64,000 bases of DNA from Burkholderiales bacterium. Lineage in GTDB: Bacteria; Pseudomonadota; Gammaproteobacteria; Burkholderiales; Gallionellaceae. The DNA lies in assembly GCA_038210095.1 (NCBI GenBank), contig JBBQXA010000001.1, positions 6,732 through 70,731 of the forward strand, in the 5' to 3' direction. Under the pieces are notes generated by a model that was not told the DNA's origin, searched no databases, and worked only from the letters and a program-made list of their open reading frames with translations. Positions 19,530 to 28,993 of the stretch are shown here, piece by piece (the first letter of the stretch is position 1; the number at the start of each line of letters is the position of its first letter). The position numbers were made by a program, and so were the translations under genes.

Positions 19530-20015
19530 TCAAGTTTTGCGTCGTTTAGGTGGAAAGGGCTTGCCCTTCTCCTTGCCCAGCTCTTTGCTGGGTATCCACA
19601 CCGGCTTGGGCTTGGGCACCAACCAGCTGCGTTCTTTTTTACCCGCCCGATGCGCCACGATTGCCGCCCCAACCTGTTTCTCCGTCAGCGTTAGCACTGG
19701 CTGCTCGCCCTTCATCGTGTAATCGATGAGATGCTCCTTGATGTCGTGTATCCGCTCCTGTGCCTTGGCCTTCTTCGCATGCCCTGTCAGCATCACCTGC
19801 GCGTCCGGCGTCAGACTGTAGCCGCCCTCCTCCTCGCGCACCAAGCCATAGCTGGCAAGACGGCAAAACGAGTCGAACAACCTGGCCGTAGTCGGCGTCG
19901 TCTCCAGCGCCAGATCGGCAGCAGCCAGAATCTCGACCAGCTCTGCCGGCCGCCGCTTCGCCGCGGTAGACATCGCGAGTATAAGAAGTGCATCAATATC
20001 GTGAACTGGGTACAT
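19530..20015 (-). CDS. Hypothetical protein with basic C-terminal tail
   Basis: Open frame from MYPVHD; 7-nt gap to dbpA; Lys/Arg-rich end. Confidence 0.7.
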   Translation of the reverse strand: MYPVHDIDALLILAMSTAAKRRPAELVEILAAADLALETTPTTARLFDSFCRLASYGLVREEEGGYSLTPDAQVMLTGHAKKAKAQERIHDIKEHLIDYTMKGEQPVLTLTEKQVGAAIVAHRAGKKERSWLVPKPKPVWIPSKELGKEKGKPFPPKRRKT

Positions 20016-20284
20016 CGGGCAACCTTTGAATAAATAAGTGGCAAGCGCCGGTGGCAGAAAAAGCCTAGCCGAAAGTTTGCGAGGTTGAGAGTTTAACGGT
20101 TTACGAGGGGGAGCGCAGGGATAGGCGGATTCCAACATAAATAACAGGATGGGCAGGATTAGCTACCCATCAACCTGAAAGTTATGCACCAACCTCACAA
20201 GTAGAAGCCCGATTTATCGAGCGATGGCATTTCGATTACCCGCCCAGCCTGCAAGTCATCCGTGACGATGCGAAAGATGCTGTA

Positions 20285-20788
20285 CTAAACCCCACCGCCT
20301 CGGTGTATGGTTTCGTAGTAGAGTTTTTCCAGTTCCAACTTATGTTTGGTTTCCTCGCTGGCGAGATACTGGAACAGTTCGCGGATAGCGCCAGCCGGTG
20401 CGGTCTGCGCCAGCTCACCGTAGTGCAGCATGGCCGCATGCTCGCGGCCCATGGCATATTGCAACACGGCCTGATCATCCGGGCTGTCTCCCAAGTCGGG
20501 CAGATGCAAACAGTCTGAAAATTTGCTGTCACTCGCGGTACGCTCAATCTCGGCGTTGACCTGAGCGGCGAGGTCATCGCGTTTGGACAGGTTGCTGAAC
20601 AGGTCGTAGTGCTCCTGCTCCTCTTTAGCCAGTTCCTCAACCAGATAACGGATACGCTTGCTGACTTTGGGAATCAGCGCGCTGTAAAAATCACGCGCAC
20701 CCGCCTCGAATTCAGTTGCGACTTCGAGAATTTCACGCAGACTGGTTTTGCCGCGCAAGCGGTCGATACCATGCAGACCTTCGGTCAT
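20285..20788 (-). CDS. Ferritin-like di-iron protein (rubrerythrin-like, no rubredoxin domain)
   Basis: FE...EEQEH...RE...EETKH di-iron pattern; AAGGAG SD; ATGA overlap with the upstream flavoprotein. Confidence 0.88.
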   Translation of the reverse strand: MTEGLHGIDRLRGKTSLREILEVATEFEAGARDFYSALIPKVSKRIRYLVEELAKEEQEHYDLFSNLSKRDDLAAQVNAEIERTASDSKFSDCLHLPDLGDSPDDQAVLQYAMGREHAAMLHYGELAQTAPAGAIRELFQYLASEETKHKLELEKLYYETIHRGGGV

Positions 20789-22584
20789 TTTGTTATCTCC
20801 TTCGAAGTCAGGGTGGCGTGTATGCTCGCGGCGACCCGGTGCCCGTCCGCGACCGCCGTTACGACATCCGGGCCGCGCACCATGTCGCCCGTTGCCCAGA
20901 GCCATGCTGCACTGGTACGTCCGCCGGCATCAATCTGCAAACGACCGCGGTTCCAACTTAGTTCTTCGGTAAGTGCCTCGCCCAGCAGACTGGCATCGGT
21001 CATCTGTCCGATCGCCTCGACCACCATACTGCCGGGATGGAACTGCTCATCGCCTTCGTCGTAGCTTGGTGCAAAACGCCCTTGCTCGTCGAAGATGGCT
21101 TTGACACGCCAAGTCTTCAGCCCGGTCACTTTGCCGTTTTCAGTCACGACCTGCTGTGGGCCGCGCGCATCTAGAATGCGTATACCTTCTTCATCAGCTT
21201 CCTTGATTTCATCCGGGTCAGCGAGGAAGTGGGCGCGATCTTCGAGGGCGGTGAGGGTGACCTGAACTTCGCCGTAGGCGGCTTTCTGCAAACGGGCAAG
21301 GGTGCGCGCGATGTCCATTGCGACATTACCGCCGCCTATGACTACGGCGGCACGTGGCGTGCCGAAATCCTCGCCTGCCGTAGCCAGACGCAACAGATCG
21401 ACGGCTTTGCGTACATCCGCATGGTCACTACCGGGGATGCGTGTAGCACGGCCAAGTTGCAAACCCAGACCGAGCAGCACCGCATCGTTCGCGCTATGCA
21501 ATTCGTCCAGCATGATGTCCTGACCGATACGGACATTGCAGCGAATATCAACACCGACCGAGCGAATTACGTCGACATCCCGGTCGATGACATCATAGGG
21601 AAGACGATATTCGGGTATGCCCCAACGCGTCATGCCACCAGGCTTATCCAACGCCTCATAAACGGTTACCGCGTGCCCTTCTTTTGCGAGATCAAATGCA
21701 GCGGTCAGACCGGCTGGACCGGCACCCACGATGGCAACCTTTTTCCCGGTCGCAGGACGCACTCCACCGACGACTTCAATACATTGCTCCTGTGTTACCT
21801 GATCCATGATGTGGCGCTTGAGCCAACGGATCGCGATAGGATCACCCTCGTGACGTGCCGCGCAGGTGGTCTCACATTTATGCGTACAGACACGCCCGCA
21901 GATACCCGAGAAGGGGTTGCTGTCATACAGCAGTTCCACACCGCGCGCGTAGTCGCCATCACGTACGGCTGCAATGTATTCCGGTATCGCCATATGAGTG
22001 GGACAGGTTGCCACGCACAGGCCGCAGGAGACACAGCGGTCGGCTTCGAGTATGGCCTGCTCCACCGAATAGCCGTCAATAATTTCGGCAAAGGAGGTGA
22101 TGCGCTCTTCCGGTTCCATTTCACCCATATGCGCGCGCACTGCTGGTGTGATTCGGTGCGCATCCGGGCGACGATAACCCAGCTCCGCATTGTCCCAATC
22201 CTTCTTGTCTACGCCGGGTATGAAACGGAAGGCGTCCGGATCGGTTTCGACCCAAGTATAGGCATTGGACATGGTGAGCGACTTGGTCATGCAGACATCG
22301 ACACATAGCGCACACCAGCAACAACGACCATAGTCGATGCGCGGGCGCAAACCCGAGTCACCCTGTTTTGTTTCTATGCCCTCAACCGGCACCATGTCGA
22401 TGGCACCATTCTGGCAAATGGTTTCGCAGGTTCCACAACCTATACATTTCTCGGCATCGTTCTGGTGAAAGCCGCGATAGCGCGGCGCACCCGGTCTGTC
22501 GTTGAGCGGATCGCGTATCGTCACCGGATCGCTGAACAAATACTTCCATCCGGTAAAAGGGGAAAGGACGTCACGTATGCTCAT
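20785..22584 (-). CDS. NuoI/MbxN-like 2x[4Fe-4S] domain fused to a GltD/SudA-like FAD/NAD(P) oxidoreductase
   Basis: RYRGFH, CIGCGTCETIC, CCWCALCVDVC; then CVSCGLCVATCP, CGRVCTHKCETTC, GAGPAG, GGGNVAMD; start at MSIRDV. Confidence 0.9.
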   Translation of the reverse strand: MSIRDVLSPFTGWKYLFSDPVTIRDPLNDRPGAPRYRGFHQNDAEKCIGCGTCETICQNGAIDMVPVEGIETKQGDSGLRPRIDYGRCCWCALCVDVCMTKSLTMSNAYTWVETDPDAFRFIPGVDKKDWDNAELGYRRPDAHRITPAVRAHMGEMEPEERITSFAEIIDGYSVEQAILEADRCVSCGLCVATCPTHMAIPEYIAAVRDGDYARGVELLYDSNPFSGICGRVCTHKCETTCAARHEGDPIAIRWLKRHIMDQVTQEQCIEVVGGVRPATGKKVAIVGAGPAGLTAAFDLAKEGHAVTVYEALDKPGGMTRWGIPEYRLPYDVIDRDVDVIRSVGVDIRCNVRIGQDIMLDELHSANDAVLLGLGLQLGRATRIPGSDHADVRKAVDLLRLATAGEDFGTPRAAVVIGGGNVAMDIARTLARLQKAAYGEVQVTLTALEDRAHFLADPDEIKEADEEGIRILDARGPQQVVTENGKVTGLKTWRVKAIFDEQGRFAPSYDEGDEQFHPGSMVVEAIGQMTDASLLGEALTEELSWNRGRLQIDAGGRTSAAWLWATGDMVRGPDVVTAVADGHRVAASIHATLTSKEITK

Positions 22585-22586
22585 GG

Positions 22587-23762
22587 CTATCTCTCTATTT
22601 CTGGTGGATAGGTGTGCAGGGACACCATGAGTGAGGCGACATCGGAAATATTCAGATTCACGATCATACGCTCCAGCAATGACATGGCGTGGGTATAGGA
22701 AGGGCCGCGCACATTGACCCGGCGCGGATAGCCACTGCCGTCCGTTACCAGGTAATAACCGTATTCGCCGCGAGAACACTCACCACGAATATAGGTTTCA
22801 CCACGCGGGATTTTCCAGTGCAACATATTAGGCATCTCGCACATCAGCGGACCTGTGCGCGGCATTTTGGCCAGCGTCTGGCGTATCAGGTCGATACAAA
22901 CCCATGCATCGCGACGACGCACATCGGCACGGGTATAAATATCGGAGTCCTGTCCTATCACTGGCTCGAAATCCAGCTCGGGGTAGACCAGGTAGGGCGC
23001 ATCTTTGCGCACGTCTTTGGCAACGCCAGCAGCACGGGCATTCGGGCCGGTGACGCCATATTGTTCCAGCCAGGCAGGGTCGATTACGCCCACACCTACC
23101 GTGCGCGTCTTGAACACGGCATTGCAGAACATCACATCATAAATGTCCTTCAACGTGGTTTCGAACACGCGCAAGGTTTCTTCCATGCGTTGGTCGAAGC
23201 CCTCAGGCAATCCGTCGCGCACACCACCGGGCAAGATGAACATGTGATAAATGCGCGCGCCTGTCAGTTCTTCAAAACGATCCAGCATCAAGTCTCGCGC
23301 ATAGGTGGCCCATTGCCCAACGATGCCCAAGCCCAATGCGCCCGCTTGACCGCCCATATACATCATGTAACTGTTAATGCGCCCCATCTCAAGGATAAGC
23401 GTTCGTATCCAGTCGGAGCGCACCGGCGATTTAACCCCCGCCAGTTCTTCTACGGCTGCGGCATAGCAGTATTCATTGAAGTCTGGTTCCGGCACACAGA
23501 TACGACAAACGATGGGGAAGCATTGAATGAAAGTACGGCGTTCCATCAGCTTCTCAAATCCACGGTGCAGATAACCGACATGGGTTTTCCCTTCCACCAC
23601 CTCATCGCCGCAGACGGTGAGTTCCACCGACATATTGCCGGTGATGCCGGGATGATTCGGCCCTTGCCAGAGTTTGAGATATTTGCCTGAGGTCAGATCA
23701 ATATCGAGTGTGCCATCGGCCTTCATCGAAGGGTACTGACTGCGGTCGGGTGTGTAACTCAT
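22587..23762 (-). CDS. nuoD: NuoD/MbxL-like subunit (no NiFe ligands)
   Basis: GPNHPG, GYLHRGFEKL, RICVPE, FEELTGAR, RGEYGYY, RGPS; C-terminus HTYPPEIER. Confidence 0.88.
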   Translation of the reverse strand: MSYTPDRSQYPSMKADGTLDIDLTSGKYLKLWQGPNHPGITGNMSVELTVCGDEVVEGKTHVGYLHRGFEKLMERRTFIQCFPIVCRICVPEPDFNEYCYAAAVEELAGVKSPVRSDWIRTLILEMGRINSYMMYMGGQAGALGLGIVGQWATYARDLMLDRFEELTGARIYHMFILPGGVRDGLPEGFDQRMEETLRVFETTLKDIYDVMFCNAVFKTRTVGVGVIDPAWLEQYGVTGPNARAAGVAKDVRKDAPYLVYPELDFEPVIGQDSDIYTRADVRRRDAWVCIDLIRQTLAKMPRTGPLMCEMPNMLHWKIPRGETYIRGECSRGEYGYYLVTDGSGYPRRVNVRGPSYTHAMSLLERMIVNLNISDVASLMVSLHTYPPEIER

Positions 23763-23763
23763 G

Positions 23764-24294
23764 TTATTTCCCGTCCGGATAAAGTTGCTGTTTCATGTGA
23801 GCCGCCGGATCATGTGTTTCACGTCCGGGGCGCTGACTATAGTTTTCTTGTGCAAACTTGAGCGTGTCAAAGTCACGACGATAGGGCGGAATATCGATCC
23901 AGCCTTCGAGAATGAAGTCTTCGTGCAGACGCGGACTGCCGGGAAAATCGATACCGAACATCTCGCGCAACTCGCGCTGATAAGTTGCCGCCGTCGGCCA
24001 GACTTCATGGATGCTTTCCATCGTCGCCTCTTCTCGCGACAACATCACCCGCAGGCCAATGTCTCGTTTGCCGACACGGTCACTGATGAGGTAGGTCAGC
24101 TGAAACAGCCCCTCTTCCAGCCAGTCAACCGCAGTCAGCAGTACCAGATGAGAAAAACTTTCGCGATCACGTAGATGCAACAACAGGGAACGCAGATGTT
24201 CCTGCGGCACGGTGATGAAGGCTAGCTCTGGCCGCTGCTCGGTCATTTCGCCGAGCGGGAACAGCTGCTTGAGTGAGTTGTAAAGTTCGCGCAT
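23764..24294 (-). CDS. nuoC: NuoC/MbxK-like subunit
   Basis: TAVDW, YQRELREMFGIDFPG, PPYRRDF. Confidence 0.88.
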   Translation of the reverse strand: MRELYNSLKQLFPLGEMTEQRPELAFITVPQEHLRSLLLHLRDRESFSHLVLLTAVDWLEEGLFQLTYLISDRVGKRDIGLRVMLSREEATMESIHEVWPTAATYQRELREMFGIDFPGSPRLHEDFILEGWIDIPPYRRDFDTLKFAQENYSQRPGRETHDPAAHMKQQLYPDGK

Positions 24295-24303
24295 TTTCTG
24301 TCC

Positions 24304-24945
24304 TTACCAGTTGTAGTCCGGCATATCCCAATCGTGGATTACCCGTTTCTGGTTGGCCTTGTACCACTCGAAATTCTTGGCATAGAGATTGGCTCCCTCG
24401 CCCTTGCCCGAGCGTATGAGTTTCTTCATATCAACAAAGCCCGCCAGTAATGCTTCCGGACGTGGCATACAACCGGCAATGTAAATATCTACCGGCAGGA
24501 AATCGTCCAGCCGCTTGATGGTGTTGTAGGAGTCCCAGTACATGCCGCCGTTGATGGTGCAGGAACCCAGACCAATTACATACTTCGGGTTTTGCATCTG
24601 TTCGTAGGCGCGGATCGCTCGCTTCAAGGTCTTGGTCGAAAGGTAGCCGGAGATGACGAATAGATTGGCCTGACGCGGCGTGGGCCGCCACTGTATGCCG
24701 TAACGGTATGCATCAAAGCGCGGCGTCATCAGCGGGCGCATCTCAATTGCACCGCAGCCGGTGCCGAAACCTAGTATCCAGATCGACTCGGAACGCGCCC
24801 AGTTGAACATGTCCTCGACGATCTTGCCGTAGGCGGCGGGCATGACTGTGGGTGGTGCTTCGCAGAAATAGTCACTCATTGGTTCGACTTCGAACTCGAC
24901 GCCATCGGGGCCCTTAACCCAGCGTTTCAGTAATTCTTCTTTCAT
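24304..24945 (-). CDS. nuoB: NuoB/MbxJ-like Fe-S subunit
   Basis: GTGCGAIE, TPRQA, GSCTINGG, YIAGCMPRPEA. Confidence 0.9.
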   Translation of the reverse strand: MKEELLKRWVKGPDGVEFEVEPMSDYFCEAPPTVMPAAYGKIVEDMFNWARSESIWILGFGTGCGAIEMRPLMTPRFDAYRYGIQWRPTPRQANLFVISGYLSTKTLKRAIRAYEQMQNPKYVIGLGSCTINGGMYWDSYNTIKRLDDFLPVDIYIAGCMPRPEALLAGFVDMKKLIRSGKGEGANLYAKNFEWYKANQKRVIHDWDMPDYNW

Positions 24946-24950
24946 GATTT

Positions 24951-25856
24951 CTATACCAATACGATTGAAAGAATACCCAGCGGCAATGCCCAGACCAGGA
25001 ACCAGCGAACCGACTGCTCAACACGGAAGCGCGGAAAGACTACGCCTACGAAAGCTGACCACAGGTAGATCACAAATACTTTCAGGAAGAAAATCGGCCA
25101 GTTATCCGCGCCGCCGAAAAACAGATTCATGTAAATCACAATCTTTGCAATCGGGAAGATTGCACGATTGGTTTGCATCAGGGCGAGATAGGACGAATGG
25201 TATTCAGTCGGGGGGCCGATAGGGATTTCCTGCGGCGCAATCACAACGTCAAAGGGCGGACGCATCATGGTGCCGAGGAAGGCCAGCATGGCTGCCGCCA
25301 CGGCCAGCGGATTGGTGAATAGCGTCCAGTTCATGATGCCACCCTGCTGGGCTGCAACGATGTCGGTGACCGACAGGGTTTGATACTGTAGTGCAACTGA
25401 AAACACTGCCAGCGCGAAGGGTAGCTCGGCGGTGCTGACCTGGGACAGTCCGCGCGTTACGCCAATAGCGGCATGAGGATGGCCGCTTTCACCCGCCCCT
25501 AGTGCCATACCCAGCGTACCGAAGAACACAAAGTAGAGTGCGAGTATCAAGTCACCGGCAAACGACAGGTTCGAGAACATGTAGGAGCCGTAAATTGTGG
25601 GAACAAACAGCAGCAGGCCAACACCACCTGACAGACGAAACACCGGGCCGAGGTAGAACATCGAGCCATGCGTGATAGAGGACCGTATGCTGTAGTTCTT
25701 GATCAGGTCGACGTAGTTTTGCCAGATTGGGATACCGTAGCGACGCCCCGCGCGCGCGCCCATTTTCTGAATCAGCGCACCGAGCAACAGGCCGTAGTTG
25801 AGAACGATGAACAGCGTCAGCAGTGAATAGGGAATTTTCATCCAGTCGAATGGCAT
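24951..25856 (-). CDS. nuoH: NuoH/MbxM-like membrane subunit
   Basis: RYGIPIWQNYVDLIK, RPPFD...QEI..GP.TEY, PRFRVEQ. Confidence 0.87.
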   Translation of the reverse strand: MPFDWMKIPYSLLTLFIVLNYGLLLGALIQKMGARAGRRYGIPIWQNYVDLIKNYSIRSSITHGSMFYLGPVFRLSGGVGLLLFVPTIYGSYMFSNLSFAGDLILALYFVFFGTLGMALGAGESGHPHAAIGVTRGLSQVSTAELPFALAVFSVALQYQTLSVTDIVAAQQGGIMNWTLFTNPLAVAAAMLAFLGTMMRPPFDVVIAPQEIPIGPPTEYHSSYLALMQTNRAIFPIAKIVIYMNLFFGGADNWPIFFLKVFVIYLWSAFVGVVFPRFRVEQSVRWFLVWALPLGILSIVLV

Positions 25857-25858
25857 GG

Positions 25859-28800
25859 CTAGATCCCCTTTCCAAGGAAAAATACGACAACAACAAACGC
25901 CACGAAATGTATGGCGTAGTTTTGTCCGTTACCGTCATAGAGGCGGCGCGACAAATCGGCTACGGTGTGCAGCAAATCGGTAACGGCCTGCCAGAATCGT
26001 GTCGCAAAAGGCTGCACCATGAAACCCAGCGCTTTGCGATAGGGTGCAAAGAAATTCCAGGCGAAGTGTGTCGTCTCGGGCCGGTAAGGGCGCTCGGCAG
26101 AAAACACGATGTTGAACTGTTTGACCATTTGAGCCTTGCGATTAACGAACAGCAGCCACGCAAACAGGGTGCCGAAGATCACGGCGACGATCACCATGAT
26201 GGCAACCGGATTCCAGTAGCCATACGTGCTGCTTATGCCCGCACCGGTCCAGGTCAGCCCGCCCTCGGGAAAGAACTGGTTCAGATAGGTGTCTACGCGC
26301 TGCAATACCAGTCCCGGAACCACGGCAAAAACCAGCAACAGCACAACATAAATCATCTGCGGCAGGACGATCCAGAATGGAGCTTCTTTCACACGCCTGA
26401 GTTCATCCTTCAACTGACCGAGGAAAATGGTGTGTATCAGCCTGAACAGATAAAGGAATGCTACTGGTCCTGCGAGGAACAGGACAACCATAGGCAAGCG
26501 CTGTTCGGCTGACATGATGGCGTTATAGAACACCCAGCGACCGCCAAAACCGGACAGCGGCGGCACGCCAGAAATGGCGATGATGCCGATCAACACTGCG
26601 ATGAATGACAAGGGCATGAGCTTAATCAAGCCGCCCATACGGTACATATCACGCGTGCCTGTACGTTTTGCGACACCGCCAACCGAGAGGAACAGCATAG
26701 ACTTGTAGACGTAGTGATTGATGACGAACATCAATGCCATCAGCCAACCCAAATGGTTCATTAGTGCCAGGCCAAACATGGCATAGCCCATCTGACCGAT
26801 GGAGGAATAGGCCAGCAAACGCTTGGCATCTTCCTGAAAGATGGCCATGAGGTTACCCAGCAGTGCGGTCAGCGCAGCAATCCAGAGCAATACATGGGTG
26901 AGCTCTACGCCGTAAAGCTGCTGCTTCCCCATGGCTAGCAGCAGCACGATCAAGCCATACAGACCGGCCTTGAGCAAAATGCCGGACACCATGGGTGATA
27001 CATCGGTCTCCGCCTCGGCATGCGCACCCGGCAGCCAGATATGCAAGCCGATCGCCGCCGTCTTGGTCATGAAACCGATGGCGAGCAGCAGGAATACCCA
27101 TGGTGCGATTGGCGCTGTCAATTGTCCGAGTGCGGCAATTTCAAATTGCGGCACACCGTTGGCCGCCAGGGCAAAGCCGGCCAGAATCAGAAACGCGCCG
27201 CCAAGCGAAAATAGAATATAGGACAGCGCATGCGGCTCGGAGTGTTTTCCGCGCAGAATGAGGAAGTAGGAGCCAACCGTCAGCAACTCCCATGCCGCGA
27301 AGAAGCCGAAAGTTTCCGTTGAACGAATCAGCAGCACCAACCCAGCGTACATCAGCATAGCCGAAGGATAAAAGCCGATACGCCGTCCGTGGGCATCGTA
27401 ACTTGCCAGCAAAGTAATCGCGCCGCCAATAAGGAAGATGACGGCAAAGATCAGGCGCAAGGGATCGTATTCCTGATAGGTCGCCATGAAGAAGGCAACC
27501 ATGCCCGCGATGGCGAGGGTGTTCTTCACCCAAGCTGGCAGCCAGTCCAACAGCAGGAATGACAGGGCAAATAGCAGAGGCAGTGCCAACAGCACATTAT
27601 CGCGCCCCGAGAGGTCGCCCCAGACAAAACCAAGTAGCCAGCCCGCGAGAACGGCGACGAGTATGGACAATACCTTATGTGGCGTACAGCTGACCAATGT
27701 GGCAGGAAGCTCGCGCTTGATGATGTAGCCAAACCAGCGGAACAGATAACCCGCCTCAAGCAAGGTGCCAAACAGAATCAGCGCCAGCAATGCTAATCGT
27801 CCCTCGGCTGCAATCATGTGCACCAGCTCCCATTTGGCGTAAAAACCGGGAAACGGTGGCAAGCCAGTCAACATACAAATGAAAGTGACGAAGGCAAAAA
27901 TCAACACTGGCCGATTGCGTATCGCGCTCCAGCCAGCCAGATTGCGGCCACTTACCAGCCCTGAAAGCCAATAGAGCCCTGCTTTGGCGACGGCATGGGA
28001 AACCAACAGGCCGAAAGCGATAAAGGGGGAGCTGTCTCCCAGAATGTCGCGCTGACCGAGCACGGCCAGCACCAGGCCGGTCTGAGCAATGGATGAATAA
28101 CCGAGTAGACGTCTATCATTGGTTTGCGGCAAGGCAAGCAGATTGGCGGCGATAAAAGTGACGATGCCGATGCCGGTTGCCACGGGAAACCATGCCGGGC
28201 CGCCTATTAGCAGGAGCTTGTCGAGCGCATAGAGTGCGGCAGTGCCGGTGGCTGCCGAGAAGATGGCTGAAAAGGCAGGGTGGGCCGACTCGTAGATGTC
28301 GAGTGCCCAGCCATTGGCCGGAAAGGGTTTGAGTTCGGCGATGACCGCGATGAACATCAGGAAGAATGCAATCGAGCCGCCAGCCTTCAGTCCCAGTGCG
28401 GCATCGGCCATGCCGTCGATATTCAATGTGCCAGTGGCGTGATAGGCGAAAATGATACCGATCAGCATAAAGGTCGAGATCAGTTGCGAAACGACTAGGT
28501 ATTTGAAACCAGCGGACAAGGCGCGTCCGTTATCATCAGCATCCGAGAGTAGCACCAGACCCGCTACTGAAATAACAGCCAGCTCAAAGAACACGAACAT
28601 GTTGAACACATCGCGGGTGAAAATGATGCCGCACAGCGCCATAACAGCTACAAGCAGCACAGCCATTGCACGACGCCCCAGCCCGAGCAATTCCTCTTTC
28701 AAATAGATAGCCGAGAGAAAGCCCGTCAGATTAACCAACAAGGTAAGCGCTGCCTCGGCCATGCCTACACGCAGATTAATCGCGAAGGGCGGCGCACTTC

Positions 28801-28993
28801 CCGCCGTGAACACTTCAATTGCCGTTGCACTCGTAGTAGCGAAAGTCCATAACCAGCCCGCCGATATCCAACTCATAAAAGCCAGCGCAGCCAGCGTCAC
28901 CCCATAAGCAAGCTTGCGCCACTCTTCTTTCAGAAGTCCGAGCAGGAAAGCCGCGAAAAGCGCGGCGACGATAATGAAGAGGATGCTTACCAT
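25859..28993 (-). CDS. Fused double antiporter-like subunit (MbxH+H', MrpD/MrpA-type), 1044 aa
   Basis: Two proton-antiporter repeats: FVFFEL..LLGYSSI..PPFPGFYAKW and AAWEL..HIWLPGAH..KRLLAYSSIGQMGY..PPLSGF. Confidence 0.88.
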   Translation of the reverse strand: MVSILFIIVAALFAAFLLGLLKEEWRKLAYGVTLAALAFMSWISAGWLWTFATTSATAIEVFTAGSAPPFAINLRVGMAEAALTLLVNLTGFLSAIYLKEELLGLGRRAMAVLLVAVMALCGIIFTRDVFNMFVFFELAVISVAGLVLLSDADDNGRALSAGFKYLVVSQLISTFMLIGIIFAYHATGTLNIDGMADAALGLKAGGSIAFFLMFIAVIAELKPFPANGWALDIYESAHPAFSAIFSAATGTAALYALDKLLLIGGPAWFPVATGIGIVTFIAANLLALPQTNDRRLLGYSSIAQTGLVLAVLGQRDILGDSSPFIAFGLLVSHAVAKAGLYWLSGLVSGRNLAGWSAIRNRPVLIFAFVTFICMLTGLPPFPGFYAKWELVHMIAAEGRLALLALILFGTLLEAGYLFRWFGYIIKRELPATLVSCTPHKVLSILVAVLAGWLLGFVWGDLSGRDNVLLALPLLFALSFLLLDWLPAWVKNTLAIAGMVAFFMATYQEYDPLRLIFAVIFLIGGAITLLASYDAHGRRIGFYPSAMLMYAGLVLLIRSTETFGFFAAWELLTVGSYFLILRGKHSEPHALSYILFSLGGAFLILAGFALAANGVPQFEIAALGQLTAPIAPWVFLLLAIGFMTKTAAIGLHIWLPGAHAEAETDVSPMVSGILLKAGLYGLIVLLLAMGKQQLYGVELTHVLLWIAALTALLGNLMAIFQEDAKRLLAYSSIGQMGYAMFGLALMNHLGWLMALMFVINHYVYKSMLFLSVGGVAKRTGTRDMYRMGGLIKLMPLSFIAVLIGIIAISGVPPLSGFGGRWVFYNAIMSAEQRLPMVVLFLAGPVAFLYLFRLIHTIFLGQLKDELRRVKEAPFWIVLPQMIYVVLLLVFAVVPGLVLQRVDTYLNQFFPEGGLTWTGAGISSTYGYWNPVAIMVIVAVIFGTLFAWLLFVNRKAQMVKQFNIVFSAERPYRPETTHFAWNFFAPYRKALGFMVQPFATRFWQAVTDLLHTVADLSRRLYDGNGQNYAIHFVAFVVVVFFLGKGI

